NCBI RefSeq assembly: GCF_964194025.1
Contig: NC_134468.1
Span: 15,996,001-16,060,000 of the forward strand
Direction: 5' to 3'
DNA: 64,000 nt
DNA from: Convolutriloba macropyga
Taxonomy: Eukaryota
Part shown: piece after piece, positions 12,901 to 26,199 of the stretch
Position numbering within the stretch: the stretch's first letter is position 1
Layout: each line of letters opens with the position of its first letter
Notes under the pieces: generated by a model
Database searches by the model: none
The model's input: the letters and a program-made list of their open reading frames with translations, nothing else
Told to the model about the DNA's origin: nothing
Program-made: the position numbers and the translations under genes

Positions 12901-13853
12901 TCGGATCAGAACCTTTTTACAAGAGTAAAGAATCAACTGCCTGTCTCTTTTTTTAGTGTCAAATTACCGTATTTTGTTTGGAGAACTGATATAAATTACG
13001 CTTTGCCTTATTGTAGTGTGCAATCACTGCTGTGCTGTTGGTTATTTCATTAATTTAATGTGATCGGACAGAAAAACAAAAACTCAGGCGTGCTTCTTTC
13101 CTCTGGTCGCATCAGTTATCAAGTTAGAGCGGAACGCTAACACAATGCAGGATCTTTTTATGTATGCCAATCTAACTTGAGAAAAGATGTAAGAAATTGA
13201 AGGCAAAGAAATATGTCTATGACATGTTTGAGTTATAGGTCTCAATATGAAGATTGGGGGGCTGAGAATGTTGATTTACAAAAGAATGGATGTAAATGTA
13301 CACGCTTACTATTTACCAGTTGATCCGACATGAACTGCTTTGTAGATGAATTCAATATTTGTCCGGATCGAGCTGTCAACACTGTTTCAGGACATTATCT
13401 TGTAATAAATAAGCAGAGTTGAACTTATCCGAAATTCTGCTCAAAATTTGTATATAATACGTTGAATTGTGAAACCCTTTAAAAAGTGCCCTCGAATTTC
13501 GGAGCTTTTCTTTAAACATTTTAGTGCTTTCAAATCACCAAGAGCGCAGTGGGGAATTGGACAGCGGATAGTATTGTTCGCGACTCATTTAACGTGAGAA
13601 CAGTTTGGTAGATGTCAAACGGGGCATAAATTTTTCACTAAACCTTAAACTGAAAATTCAAGTCATTGTAGCGCAGTTCTTTCTTTTCATGATCTGGTTG
13701 TGAATCAAAGTGAAGTGCAATATGATGAAATGAAAACAAAACGTTTTCAGCACAGTCACTTGCATCATCAAGTAAAATTAAATTGAATTCTACTTTTAAA
13801 TTAAGTTTCCAGTGTTTCAAGAATTAGACTTTAAAACTTACCAAAACTAAAAA

Positions 13854-14958
13854 TTTTGAAGTGTACCTGAAAAAGGTGTATGTCTGTAACCGCGCGATGG
13901 TCAGTCGTATCAACTTGCTGATTCATTCCGCTCATGTTAGCCATTTTGATCACTTTTTATGTTTTGCGTCAAAAATTTACTTGAAAGGAAATAAATATAC
14001 GGTCAAGTTTACACAAACAGTAAAATTGCAGTGAACCACACTTGAATTTTTTGTTATCTTCCCTCTGTTGTTATGTTTTGCAACAATTTTGCAAAAAATG
14101 CGCTTCGAAAACGAGGCCGAATTTGATACAAATATTTGCTTCTGAGCTTTTTTTGCGAAACTGTGTTCAAATTAATCGATACAGCGGTCAATTGAGAGCA
14201 AAATTTCTGAAGTTTGAGCAATTTTTCAAACAATAAGTCTGCATATTTTTGTTTACGTGAAACGAGATGAGCATTGAAGTCTTACTTGCTTGCCTTAAAA
14301 ATGTTTTTAGTTTGGTTTGCCAACAAAGACAGAAATTGCAAAATGACTTTCTGTCTTTGGGAGCTTTCAATCTATGTGAAGATATTTCGTTGATGTCTAT
14401 AGTGTTTAATTATAAAAAAAGTTGAACATTAGTCGAGAAGCAATATAATTCGAGTGCAAAGTTGGTTTTGGATTCCGTCATCTTTTTCGGGGCGTGAGTT
14501 TTTTTCTGATAAATTTAATTTGCAATTTTAACTGCAGAATTGAAACCATTTTTTAAAAAGAGCGTTCGCATTATTGTTTTCAGGATGGAAAAACAGGGAA
14601 TTTTTTTCGAGCTGTTCCCACTATGCGCTATATGTAAGCTTAGCTTTTTCACGGACTTGAAGAACTGAGTATACACACATTGTGATTGACTTCTAAAGCG
14701 AGTTGTCGTTTCTGTTAAATTAAGCCAGACATGTTAGTAGCTCCACGGTGAAAAGAAAGCATTTTATAGACCGTCAGCAAAAAAATTGCAGAAATTATCT
14801 ATATTTATTTTCCATAGAAGGCAAAAAAATGCATAAGCTCAGCAGTAAAGGTATGAAACGCATCTGCTTCTGGTTGTGAAATCGTGGATACTTTCAAATT
14901 TTCATGAACTTCGCGTTTCTTGACTGTGCTAGCCGTCAGAATGATAAATAGTTGGAAC
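13854..14958. repeat. Local duplication, copy B (Ctr exon 1 plus upstream region)
   Basis: Direct repeat of 7523-8783 with substitutions and two deletions, one of which removes the TATA segment. Confidence 0.9.
13867..13944 (-). other. Duplicated Ctr exon 1 (alternative first exon or pseudo-exon)
   Basis: caaaATG, MANMSGMNQQVDTTDHRAVTDIHLFQ, identical CAG|gtacac donor, same 78-nt length. No duplicate of exons 2-4 was seen. Confidence 0.8.
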
Positions 14959-14999
14959 GGTAAATGGGTCGATGGTTATTATGCAATTTCATTTCGTCC

Positions 15000-17900
15000 G
15001 CAATTTTCGTAGTTATTAGTTGTTCTGTTTTTAGAAAAAATTGAAGTTTCGATTCTGATATTGTCTTAGTTGTTGTATGATGCCTTGCAATTTGTGTTCT
15101 TTGAGTTTGAAATAGTTTTAGTGCTTTGTTAAGTTGAGGGGTTTCGAGGTGAATTTGAGGGAAACTCTTTGTGTGTTTGAAGCTCTCATTTTTATGTGTT
15201 TTGCTATTTCTAATACATTTTTCTTATTTTCGGTTTTTTTTCAGGAATCCCTTTTGCGTCTCATAATTTAGCATCCTTGTTATGAAGATCTTCCTGATTA
15301 TAGTGTCGTCCTCGTCTTCCAGTTAGCAGTTTTTTATTGTTCCCTGAATCTACCGAAAGCAAGCTTCCAACAGACTGCCCTTTTTGTTCTTTCATTGCGA
15401 AAAGAACAAAATTGCGGTACGTGATAATTCTACTTCGGTAGAACGCTTCATCTTTCGCTGCCGAAAATTCGAGTTATCAAATTTTCTAATATTACTGTTC
15501 AATATACTTCTGCAATCTGTACCAATACTAAAACATCGAGGAAATTCCATTGTCTCAAGAGGACCACTGCTTGTCTCCGCACAAGAGTCTAATTTGGTCT
15601 GTCTTTCATCAATATTTCTTCCAATTTGAGATACTCCGTTTGGTTAGTCTACTAATTGTATTACAATTGCAGTTTAACTTAAGTGAAATCGATTTGTGAC
15701 GCGAATCCACTGTCGAATGTGATAATTGAATTCACAACTTTTTGGATTGTTGATGGAATGCCGTTGCAATTTCACTAAAAATAAATTTTTTTTGAAACAC
15801 AATGCCTTTACACTTAATTTGCTAAGTGAGCTCAATGAATAAGCGAGAGAAAGAACAAATGGTTTTCACTACATTTGTGAACAGAATGAACAGCTGCTTA
15901 AAAAGAGGGCGGTGTGACCACCGTAATTTCTCTATCGCAAAAAAAAATTGTTTTTGTAATTATATCATGCATAGCGATATAGGGTCATAATTTAGTACAG
16001 ATTTCCCATTTATCCCACATATGTGCCGCTTTAACAATTTTTTGAGCACCTCAATAGTTTAAGTTAACAGAAATTGATGGCATTTACAAAGCGTGATGCT
16101 TTTTACAGGAAAATTCCATCAATGACTAAATAAAATATGCATAGATAATAATACCAAAATCTGCTACCATATCTAAAAATCTATAATTGCTGATTAATAT
16201 TGCTAGTAAAAATAAAAATGTCAACGAATTGCATTTGACGCAAATTTAAATAAATGAAAAATTGAAAAGAGAACACATCTTGTCACTTTGATAATCGGAT
16301 TGTGACAGATTTCTACTATGTATGAAATAAAAAATAAATTTCAATGACATTAATTAAATTTTTATTGAGACTTTTAAAAAATTGTAATGAAAGAATATCG
16401 CGAAAGTGGAATAATTAAAGAGAAATGTTAAACAAATTAAATGAAGTTCATTTCCCTTTCGTAATCAGAGTAGATATAATCCAAGAGAGAAGCTTGAGCA
16501 CGTCGGATTTAAGGATCTAGCGGGCTGGCCATTGGGAGTTCAAAATCAGTCTCTACTATAGATGGTTGAGCGTCTCCCTCTTGGTTGACAGTTGCTATTA
16601 CAGAATTGTGCGTAGGCTGACGTTTGGGTTTAAAACTAGATTTGGCTTCGCTTGCTGAGCAGACGGAGCCGGATGTTCCAAATCCATTATAGGATGGAGC
16701 TCGTTGATTACTTTTCCCGTCGAAGTGAATGGATTGATGAAGAAGACGCTGAAGTTTTGGGTGTCGCATCAATTTATCACGAGTACTCTATGGCTATGGT
16801 TGTGACGGTTTTCGTGCTGACATTGACTGAAAATTATTGCTTTTTACCGACAGAATTCCTCATATACTTTCGGCTTGACGATGTTGGATTTCTGTCTCAT
16901 AGCGGTATTTTTTCTTCAGACCCTTCTGTTGTCTTTTCGTTTAATATTGGCCTCTGTTGAGCAGATATTCAGCGTGGTGTATTCCGTTCTGCTTTTGTAC
17001 CCAATTTTCAAAATCAATATTGCCTACTCTGACCTCTTGTAGTCCTGGTTCTTTGATTACTTTAGCTGTTTGCAAAGTACCGGAAACTACAGAGTATGGT
17101 GCAAGACATCCCCCAGGCCGCAAAGATTCTTTTGATGGATACCCAACCGTGTCGTCAAAAAGTGGGCAACTGGACCTGTCTCTGCGTCTCAATAATGGTT
17201 GCTTAGTGGAGTATATGATTTTCTGCAAAAGTGTGCTTGGAAGGCTGATACGTTTTTTATTTTTCAGTTTACCTTTTCGTAATTGGTATACTATTGACTT
17301 TATTGATTCTTCAATTGTGAATGCAATAGAAATACATTCAATTTACATAAATTTTAAGGGCTTTTTATTGGTTTGTATCAAACGTTAAAAGTTTGTATCA
17401 ATTTGCAACAGCGGTGTTTAAGTTCTTACTAATAAATTTACAAAAGTTTTTAATTATATTTCATATCTGACATCTTGCTTGATCTAAACGGATGCTTTGC
17501 GGTCCTCCGTGTATGTGAATTTATTGATCCAGAAGGGCCATGAAACGTACATCTTGATGGTTTCGTTCATAATTGGTCCAATAAAAAAAGTCTTTTTATT
17601 TTTCTCCATTTGGTTCAGAGCAATTTTCATGAGATTTACACTCTGATGCCGGATTTATGGTTTAGGCGTTGCACCAATATTGGCAAAAGGCTTGAATTTG
17701 GTAGATTTGTTGAGAATTTATCGATGCATACAGGGCCAAAACGCATATTGACCGAGGGAGATCATACCCCCGCCACCCGAGTGTGTCTAGTGGAAGGACT
17801 TTGTTTCTCGGTTGGATTTTGGAATTCCGTCACAATCGTTGAAGAACACTCTTTCTGAACGTACGTGTAAGTCATGACAATAGAATAGCATACAAGCGCT

Positions 17901-20900
17901 GACGTTTTTACATCTTTGCTCGGTATTTTGAAGGACACTGTCGCTAACTTCCTCCAAAATAGCATCTTTGGCCGTCCACACCGTGAGAAAATTTTTGTCA
18001 AAACTGTGACAAATTTTTCTCAAACACTGACCCCTATTGACAATTCCATGTTTGGAGATGACGAGTTTTCTTCATTGGAGGGGCGGGTCACAATCTTGTC
18101 TGAACTGGGCGTAGATTGAAATGTGGAGTATAAAATATTAAATTAGTGCCAACCATTGTAGTTGAAATTTGAGGGTAGATAAGTGCTGCGTTGGCAAATC
18201 GAAACTTAGCAATGGTTCTGTACGGTGGTTTAATCCAAAGAGCAATTCGGAATTATTCTCATGTTGAGTATACTAGTGGTCCAAAAGGAATATACTTTAT
18301 TTACAGCGTTATGTGTTGCGCTTTGCAATTTGATGGTGCAAAATTAAAACAAATTGTTGCTCTAGCATCACAAATGCAGTTGGTTGTTCAAACCGCAAAT
18401 TCTTCGTCTTATTTGTTTGAGATTTTTGCTTCTTGATTTGCTTTGCGAGAAAAATAATTTACTAGACCCACTATAGCACCTGGAATGAGCCGGATATCAA
18501 AATCAAAAGGTAATAAACGGTTAAGCAAAGGTATCAATCGGCTGTTGCAAAACTTGTTAATCGGTTTTCTTTCACGATTGATAATCAAACTTAATGATAT
18601 GTAAAGGTTAATGGTTTTCCAAAGAGATCTTAAATAACTTCCGTAGACCAAACTACTCTCAAAAGTTGCAATTTGTTGACATTACACCGATCTTCAATGC
18701 TACGAAGGAACCGTGATGCAAACGCTACTGTTTGTCAACTTGTTGGTGAACGCTGTTCCAATGTTGCACCTAAGCCAGTACGTGTTGCATAGCATGTTAC
18801 GCTGGTTTACAAGCTTGGATTATAATGTGTGTTTTCAGTTGCTCTTGCAACATAATTTTTGATGTGCTGGAAGTAGGTTTCTACATTTTAATTCTGTTCA
18901 AAATTTTTGTTCTTTTTCAAAAGTGGTAGTAAAAGATAGCATCACTGTGAAAAATTTGGAATACATTTTTCCAAATAATGAACTCAATCTAAAAATGATT
19001 GCAGTTGTGTAAGTCTTTTAATTGTCAAAAGTTGAAAAAGGCAGATGTTTTTGATTCTTGTTAATAGACTCCCGGTTGATTATATCTATAATCTACAATT
19101 TGGCATTTTGAGAGGTTAATCCTAAGATTGTTGCTTTCAAACTTTTTAAGACAATGATTGACCAATTTTAGATGCACCTCTTTAGTTCCTCTACTAACAG
19201 CAATAATATCCTCTAAAAATCAATGTGTGTTTTTTAAACCGACACAGGGTTGTGAAAAATGCCGTATCACTTGATGATTGAGCTATGACTTTTGTTGGTT
19301 GGTGTCTATTAAATTGTCAAAAAAACTTGTCATTCGATGATTTTTTTTTACAAATTTCTTTCCTTTAACAAAAATTGATAGGCACAAATTTTTTTTACGA
19401 ACAAAACTTTTCAGTTCAGTTTTTACTAATGGTTGAGGCTTCATTTTTATACAATTACTTTTTGGTGTGTCGGTGTATAATCTTTAGGCAATATTGAACT
19501 AGCTGTGTGCTTTCAGGACTTACAGATTCGGGAAATGAGATCAGAGAAATGAAATTGTTTTTGTGTTTTGAGTGAATACTGATTTTTATTAACATGCAGT
19601 ACAAGTTTTGATTGAATCAAGGATGGGCTTTTTTGAGAAAAAATGTCTCTTCTGATTTTTGGCCGGTGTCTTCCTTCTACTACTGTAAGCTTAAAGTTTT
19701 CAGTCTTTACATTTCACAGTGGTGACAATAACTTCAACTATTTTCATTATATCATTTGAAAACTAAAATAGATGGTGCGCCAATGAAGGTTTTACCCAAT
19801 AGCTGCTTTCATTGTTCATAGCCAAGGAGTTTGCTACATGATTATAATTGATCTTTCATTTGTTGCAGGAATCTACTAACTTTTTTTTCAATGTTTCCGA
19901 AACATGATTGTATGTTAACTGGCTTGACTGCTCTAAGGTTTTGCTGCTGATTTTTTATCTTCGGCGTCAATGTTTCGTAATTTTGTTTCCAATTTGTTTT
20001 TGGTGTCCAATAAACTTTACCAAAATGGTTAAAAATTCCGCAATTTTTGCATGTTTTCTTTTGAGCTGGGCAAATTCGAAGCTGATTGGGGAGTCACAAA
20101 TTTCCACAGTTGGGGCAGTTGGTAGGTTTTTAAATTCGCTGGAGGAGAGCGTGGCTTGTTTGAATTCCTTTGGAAGTTAAGAGATGGATTACGACCAGAG
20201 CCACTCGGTCTACGCAAAGTTTCCGACTTTCTTAGTTCAATTTGGAAGTCCATTTCTATGTTGATAACTAACTCCAGTGCAGTTTTAGGGGCTCTTGTTT
20301 CCTTTAGATGTTCGCGTTGTTTATCGCTGTCCAGCAAAATTGCAAAAGACATCTAAACAATTGATTATTTTTGGCTATCAAGATCACAGTTAAAAGTGAG
20401 CTTGCGCAAACATTCGTATACTTTTTCAACTGGTTTCTCTTTGAGTCGTTGTCTCCAAAGGAAGGAATAACCATCAAAAGTTATGTTCCTCTGTTATGTG
20501 AAAATTTTATCAAAAACTTTCCAATGTTTCCACGTTGTTATTGGGGCAATCGTAAAGATTGGTTCTTGAGAACCGAATATCTTGCGAACTTCTGTTCCAT
20601 GACCTAGATAGCAAAACGACGCTGCCTCACTATCACTTCTCTAGAGGTAATCTCAGGACAAGATCCCCGCGGCCTTAATTTTTTGAGATATGTTGAGCCA
20701 AAAATACTGAAGTTGTTCCTTACGTATTCTGCAATCGTGATCGCTTTGAGCAGAACTTCGTTCCACATTTTCTTATAAAACAGGCACAGGTGTTAGTGTT
20801 ACTTTTTCCGGCGGTGCTTCTAGTAGAATAGCAATGGCAAAATGGCCAGTTTTTAGCTGATACGCCATCGTTTCTATCGCAGTGGGATTCTAAAGTTAAC

Positions 20901-21354
20901 TTCCGAGTTCAATTGCGAGGATAGCACGTTCAATTGATTCCGACTGCGCCACTTTATGCTATGTTTCGATAGCCTAGTAATTGCATTACATTTACAGCTC
21001 GGCTTTAGAGAATTCAATTCGTGAACTCGCAAATCCACAGTCGAATGTGATTATTGACTTTAGCATTTTTTGGATTTTCGATGAATGCCGTAGCAATTCC
21101 TCTTATCTATGAAACGCAATGCGTTTCCACTAACTTGCTAAGTGAGCTCAAAGAAAGAGCGAGTGGAAGAACAACTGAATTTTGTTTTGTAAAGAGAGTG
21201 AACAATTGGTTAAAAATTGGGCGGTGTGAACACAGTAACGTCCTTTACAGACGGAGGCGAGATGGAAAATTGTGAACAACTTTATATCATAATTATATCA
21301 TGCAAAGTGATATAGGGTTATAACTTATCACAGATTTCCCATCTATACCTCACA
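15000..21354 (-). mobile_element. Heavily decayed Ty3/gypsy element(s): LTR-gag-pol-LTR-gag
   Basis: LTR-like direct repeats at ~20955-21354 and ~15640-16019, both starting TGTG on minus. PBS TGGCGCAGTCGG at 20951-20940. RNase H remnant RLIPLLNRLLPFDFDIRLIPG; integrase-region remnants at 17400-18020. A second gag remnant lies at 15630-15000. Confidence 0.8.
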
Positions 21355-21399
21355 GTTCTTCATCAATTTTGCATTCCCTAACCTTCTTCCTCTTTCAGA

Positions 21400-24300
21400 T
21401 GATCCTTCAATTTTTTCTCCGTATATCAATTCAGTCAGATGTACCACTGACACGGGAAGTCTTTGCACAAACCCATACACTGTAGTAAAATCCTTTGCTA
21501 GGATGGCCAGCTCTTGAAATGAAACTCGTAGTTTTGCCTAGTGAGTGGAGTTATTGTCAGGTTTTACCAAAAAGCGTCAAGCTTAGTAGTGTTTTCTTTA
21601 TTATCTCCTTTGCTGACTGCGGCATGTTTTGTCCTCCAAAAATTTAATCAGACAAATGGTGCTCAAATCCGAAGTTATTGAGTCGGATTGAAATTCGCTT
21701 GGCAAATGCACTTACAAAAGTTGCTTTATTGAGTTTACTGTTTCAAATTTGAATTTCAAAAAGCGAAGTACTCTTCTCAACTCTAGCTAGCAAAACGCAG
21801 ATCAACTGATCAATTGAACTAGAAACAGAAATTCAGATGTTCAAATTATTAGTTTACATTCAACTATAAATTCCGATTAGTTTCCGATTCATACTTTAAT
21901 CACGCCTAATAAAGCGGAAATTAGAAATCTTTATAGAGGAAGAACGATTTAACGGCGAAATACTGGTTGGCATAGCGACCAAAAAATCGGCTGTTTAGAT
22001 GTCTGATCAACAAAAAAGTAAGATAATATAATTATGAATGGAAATTGAAAATCAAAACTAATTTAATTGCATGTCATATGACATCAGCTTTCACTTTTCT
22101 TACTGATCACTTGCGTATTTTATTTTTTCAAGTTCTAACGACGTATCGTAAATCAACTGCTCGAATCAGTGTTGAGCACATTTCTTTATTTGCGAGCCAA
22201 AAATAAAATTTTTGTTCTTGCTTTTTCCTTTGCTTTTCACTTTCATTCTCACCATACTTCTTGGGAGAAATTTATTCGTTTTTTCTATCGTTCCTTCGAT
22301 CCATCTTTTTGATCAATCTTATTTTTTATCAAACAAGAAAATTATTTTCCCAACAGGGTGCTTAAAAAAAGCAAATCTTTGAAATTGTAAAACTGATGAT
22401 ATCTGTATCAAACACTCAAAAAACTTAGGAACAACGGCTTTCCTAAATTTTTTTGCTTTCTTTTTAGAGACGTCATATTTGTTCATAGCACTTCAGATGT
22501 TTCTTGCTTTTTCATTCTTCAGATGTTTCTTGCTTTACTTTTTCATTACTTCTTACCGCAATCACCCTGCCAAAAACACTTCAATTCAGCCATTCAATTC
22601 TGAATTACATCAGCATCAATGTTTGTATTTATTTCTACCTTAGAAAAGTATCATCAATAACTAGATCTTTTGAGCATTTTTGACAGAGAATCTGCTATTG
22701 AAATTGTTCGTCAGTGGATATTGAGGAAGTTTATTTCAAAAAATATTGAAGGCCAGTGATTTATAAAGGTAACTTAAATTTTAATAGCACTGCTGCACTT
22801 CGCTCCAACAATTATGGTCCGCCAAAATATCCAGCAATCTTAATAAAACAAATCTCACAGTTGCCCTTTGAACGAAGAAAAATTGCTTTTGGAGTATTTA
22901 AAGTTAGAAAATCTGTCCAAACGAGCCCGGAAACGTTCAGTTTTTAATGTATGCATTTGACTGGATTTTGATTATCTGCTTTTATCGGTTCCATCGTTCT
23001 AACTTAGTTAAACTTGAAATCATCTTATCATGCAACCGATTCTTTTAAAGCAGTTTCAAATGCTCACAGAACTTGGCCAGAACATTAGGTGGCCAATGTC
23101 TGAAAGAGAAAATTTTAGTGCCTCAATTTCTCATTTATAAAATCGAATGATGAAAACGTGTCCACGCATTTCACAAATTATATACCACTTTTGACTCTGG
23201 AATTTAGTTACGCAAAACATGGAAAAACGTTATTTATATCAAGAAGTAGAATTTTAGTTTGTTCTGAGTATTCATCAATAAACATCCAAATTTTTCAGCA
23301 ATTAATTAGCCAAAAAATTTGCCAATTTTTTAAGTAATTAATTGAGACCGAATTCGAATTCCATTGTTCTTGTGAATGATGCTATAGGTAAATGTAAAAT
23401 CGTTTATTGTCTTCCTTAACCACTACTACTATCGAGAGGGAAATTTTTGAAGTTGATTAGCAGTTAGTGTTTCTTCCATTTCGGTAATCAGATACCATAA
23501 CCCTGGGAGAAGGTGCTGTGGAAAGGAGTTGCTTTTATTGTGGAAACTATGGTCTTAGGTGGTGGAAATGTTTGCTGGCCCTAGAAACACGATTTGTGAA
23601 AAATGAGAGCTCCTATATTCAATTTTGAAGAGAAGTTGAATTTAAATAGCTCAGTGTCCACAAGTTTCCTCACACGCTTACAACAATAATCTTAAAACAT
23701 AGGTCGTGAAAAAACTCGACAAAATCTAGCGTTTATTGTAAATTTTTTTGAAATTGGCCACGTGATATACTCCCCGTACAACGCAAAAATCTTTCCGTTT
23801 TCTGCTTTGTGCATATGATTAAATTTTTGTCCGACTGTCACTTGTATTCTTCAACTAAAGTGGAGTTTGATCTTAATTTTTTTCCAGACTATTCTTCACT
23901 TATTCCAACATGAATACATTAAACGCATTTGTTCAAATCAGGCGTTTGAAAAAGATGAAAAGAAAAATTAAAGTGAAATTATGTTCCACGTCGACTTGCT
24001 ACTAAAATCAAGGCAAAAGCTATTCTAGGGCATCATTCGAAGCTAAATTGAAGATAGCTGTTCTGGTTTCAAAAATTCATTTTAAAATTTTCATATTTAA
24101 TTAAAGTTCGATCTTTCTGTACAAACACACAATACAGATCTTTCATACTTCGTGCACGCAGTTTGCACATCGAACTTAATTGAACAAAAAAATATTGACT
24201 TCATTTGACGCCTGAGCAGGTAATTCCGAGTCATACCAACGAGTAGACAACTGATTTTAATCCGGCAGTGTAGATATTTACAAATTTCTCATATGGATAT

Positions 24301-24800
24301 ATAACAGAGAAACTAAGTAAATTCAAATTTTGTCTCATACTTCAACGAAAAAAACGCTTCAAATTTATATTTTTTGTAAGTCAACCCAATTAACGTCAAG
24401 ATATATTGACTAGATAACCATCCACAGACAAGGGTTCATGTTAAAAACTGAGCACGAAAATTCTGAAGTTTCTTGTTCAATGTTTTTTCAAAAAGTAGTT
24501 TATTCCAATCAAGCATTGTCAACCTCACAATTGAGTTTTGCATTTCAGTAGAAAAAAATTTTGGGTTCCAGAACAATTTTTTTGTTCTATTAGACTGATA
24601 AAGATTCTAAGTGATTAATGGACGTCCAGATAACCGTGTAAAATCAAGTTGCAACTGTTTTTCTTCCAAAAGTATTGTAATCTTTATGTCTGCAAAGAGA
24701 GTTTTACAGGGAGTATATTCCAACTGCCCATCATATTTTGAACTGATTCAAAATTATTTTTAAAACGTGCTGCCGGTAATGCCCAGTTTAGCTGTTTTCT
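21400..24800 (-). mobile_element. Possible very old non-LTR retroelement remnant
   Basis: Only scattered weak motifs: MGSWNI (~24730, APE start-like), VSDY (~23490, SDH-like), and a NYRPIS-like piece (~21530). No open frame. Confidence 0.25.
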
Positions 24801-25625
24801 AGGGATACAATTAGATTTTGATCAATTGCGTAAATGATATTTGCTTGCAACTGACTTATTACCAGAGATACCAGGGCAATTAGGACGAGTCTCAGGAGCT
24901 TCTATGGAATAGACTTTTCAATAGCCTAAACTGTTTTTGTTCCTTGGGACTTTTTTCGTGGGATGTTTTTAAATTCCCTTTGAAATGTAAAATTGCTAAC
25001 TATGTTTATAGAAACGGGTCTTTCTTATTTAATATTTTTATCACAACAATTAGGTTACCAGCAGTTTAGGCTACCTACTAATTCCACTACAGAACATAAT
25101 AAAAAACATAATCGTTATGCTAAATACGGAATGCATTTGAAATAAAAATTTTTTAGCTTGGCGCTTCTTTCCTCAAAACTTAAACACCAGAAGATATGAT
25201 AGCAGATAGACTCATGCGTTGTATTAAGTACTATAATAAAATTCGGCATTAAAACAAACTTTTAAGAATGACAAAATTTGTATTTTTCTGATCAGCAAAA
25301 CCTGCCGCTTCATTGAAACCAATATTTTTTGTTCTTATTATTCTCTGTTTAAGGAAAAATAATTGACCGAGAAAGACAGAAACTTTTGTGGCTCTAATTT
25401 TAATTTATACTTAAAGGAAAATTTTTAGTCTATAGCTTTACCATGATGCCAGACAAATAATGTTCTATACTTCATTTTTTCTTTTTTCTATCATTTCTTG
25501 TTTCTTTTTATATTTCTTTGTATCCATCTAAAGTCAGCAAAAATGTAAATATTATTAGATAGATGAAAGATTTTATTTCTTAGTTTTATAGTTCATAGCG
25601 TCTTTGACAACGATAAAATGCACAA

Positions 25626-26022
25626 TGTCATACACTATTTGAATTCGACAGTCACTTGCAGTGCGCGTTAGCTTACTTCTTTCAAAAGTTTGATTCGCGG
25701 AGCGAAATCAAAACTTAAACTATTTTCGCTTACTTGCGGTGAGAGATACAATGAGAGAGAGAGAGACAACTGAATTTGAATTAAGGAAATGAAGTTATAA
25801 CTCAAGTGCTTATCAACATAGCATGAACGTGTGGTCAGACATATCTGATCACGAGGCGGGAAACAAAACGTAAATGAGTAAAGATCAACTCGTGACAGGA
25901 AGTTTGAACAAGAATAAAAATTTGAAATGAAGGTCAAAATGAAACGAACTAAATAAAAACATCATATAAATTTTACTGCACCAAATAAATGAAATGAACA
26001 TAAGACATCCACGGGTATCACA
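25626..26022 (-). repeat. 3' LTR of outer gypsy element
   Basis: 397 bp; I counted 13 mismatches against the 5' LTR over ~126 bp compared. Confidence 0.93.
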
Positions 26023-26199
26023 TATTTCTTGTTGCAACAAAGAAAAATTGTGACATTAGCGATTCGTTTTTTTGATAATAATAAGAATAATAATGTTTAC
26101 AAATTAATATTTGGGCTCCGGTTAAATAAATAATAACAAAATATGTACTGGTTATCATTGCCAAAAAAAGAAAAATACTAATTTTTAAGTTTACAGTTT

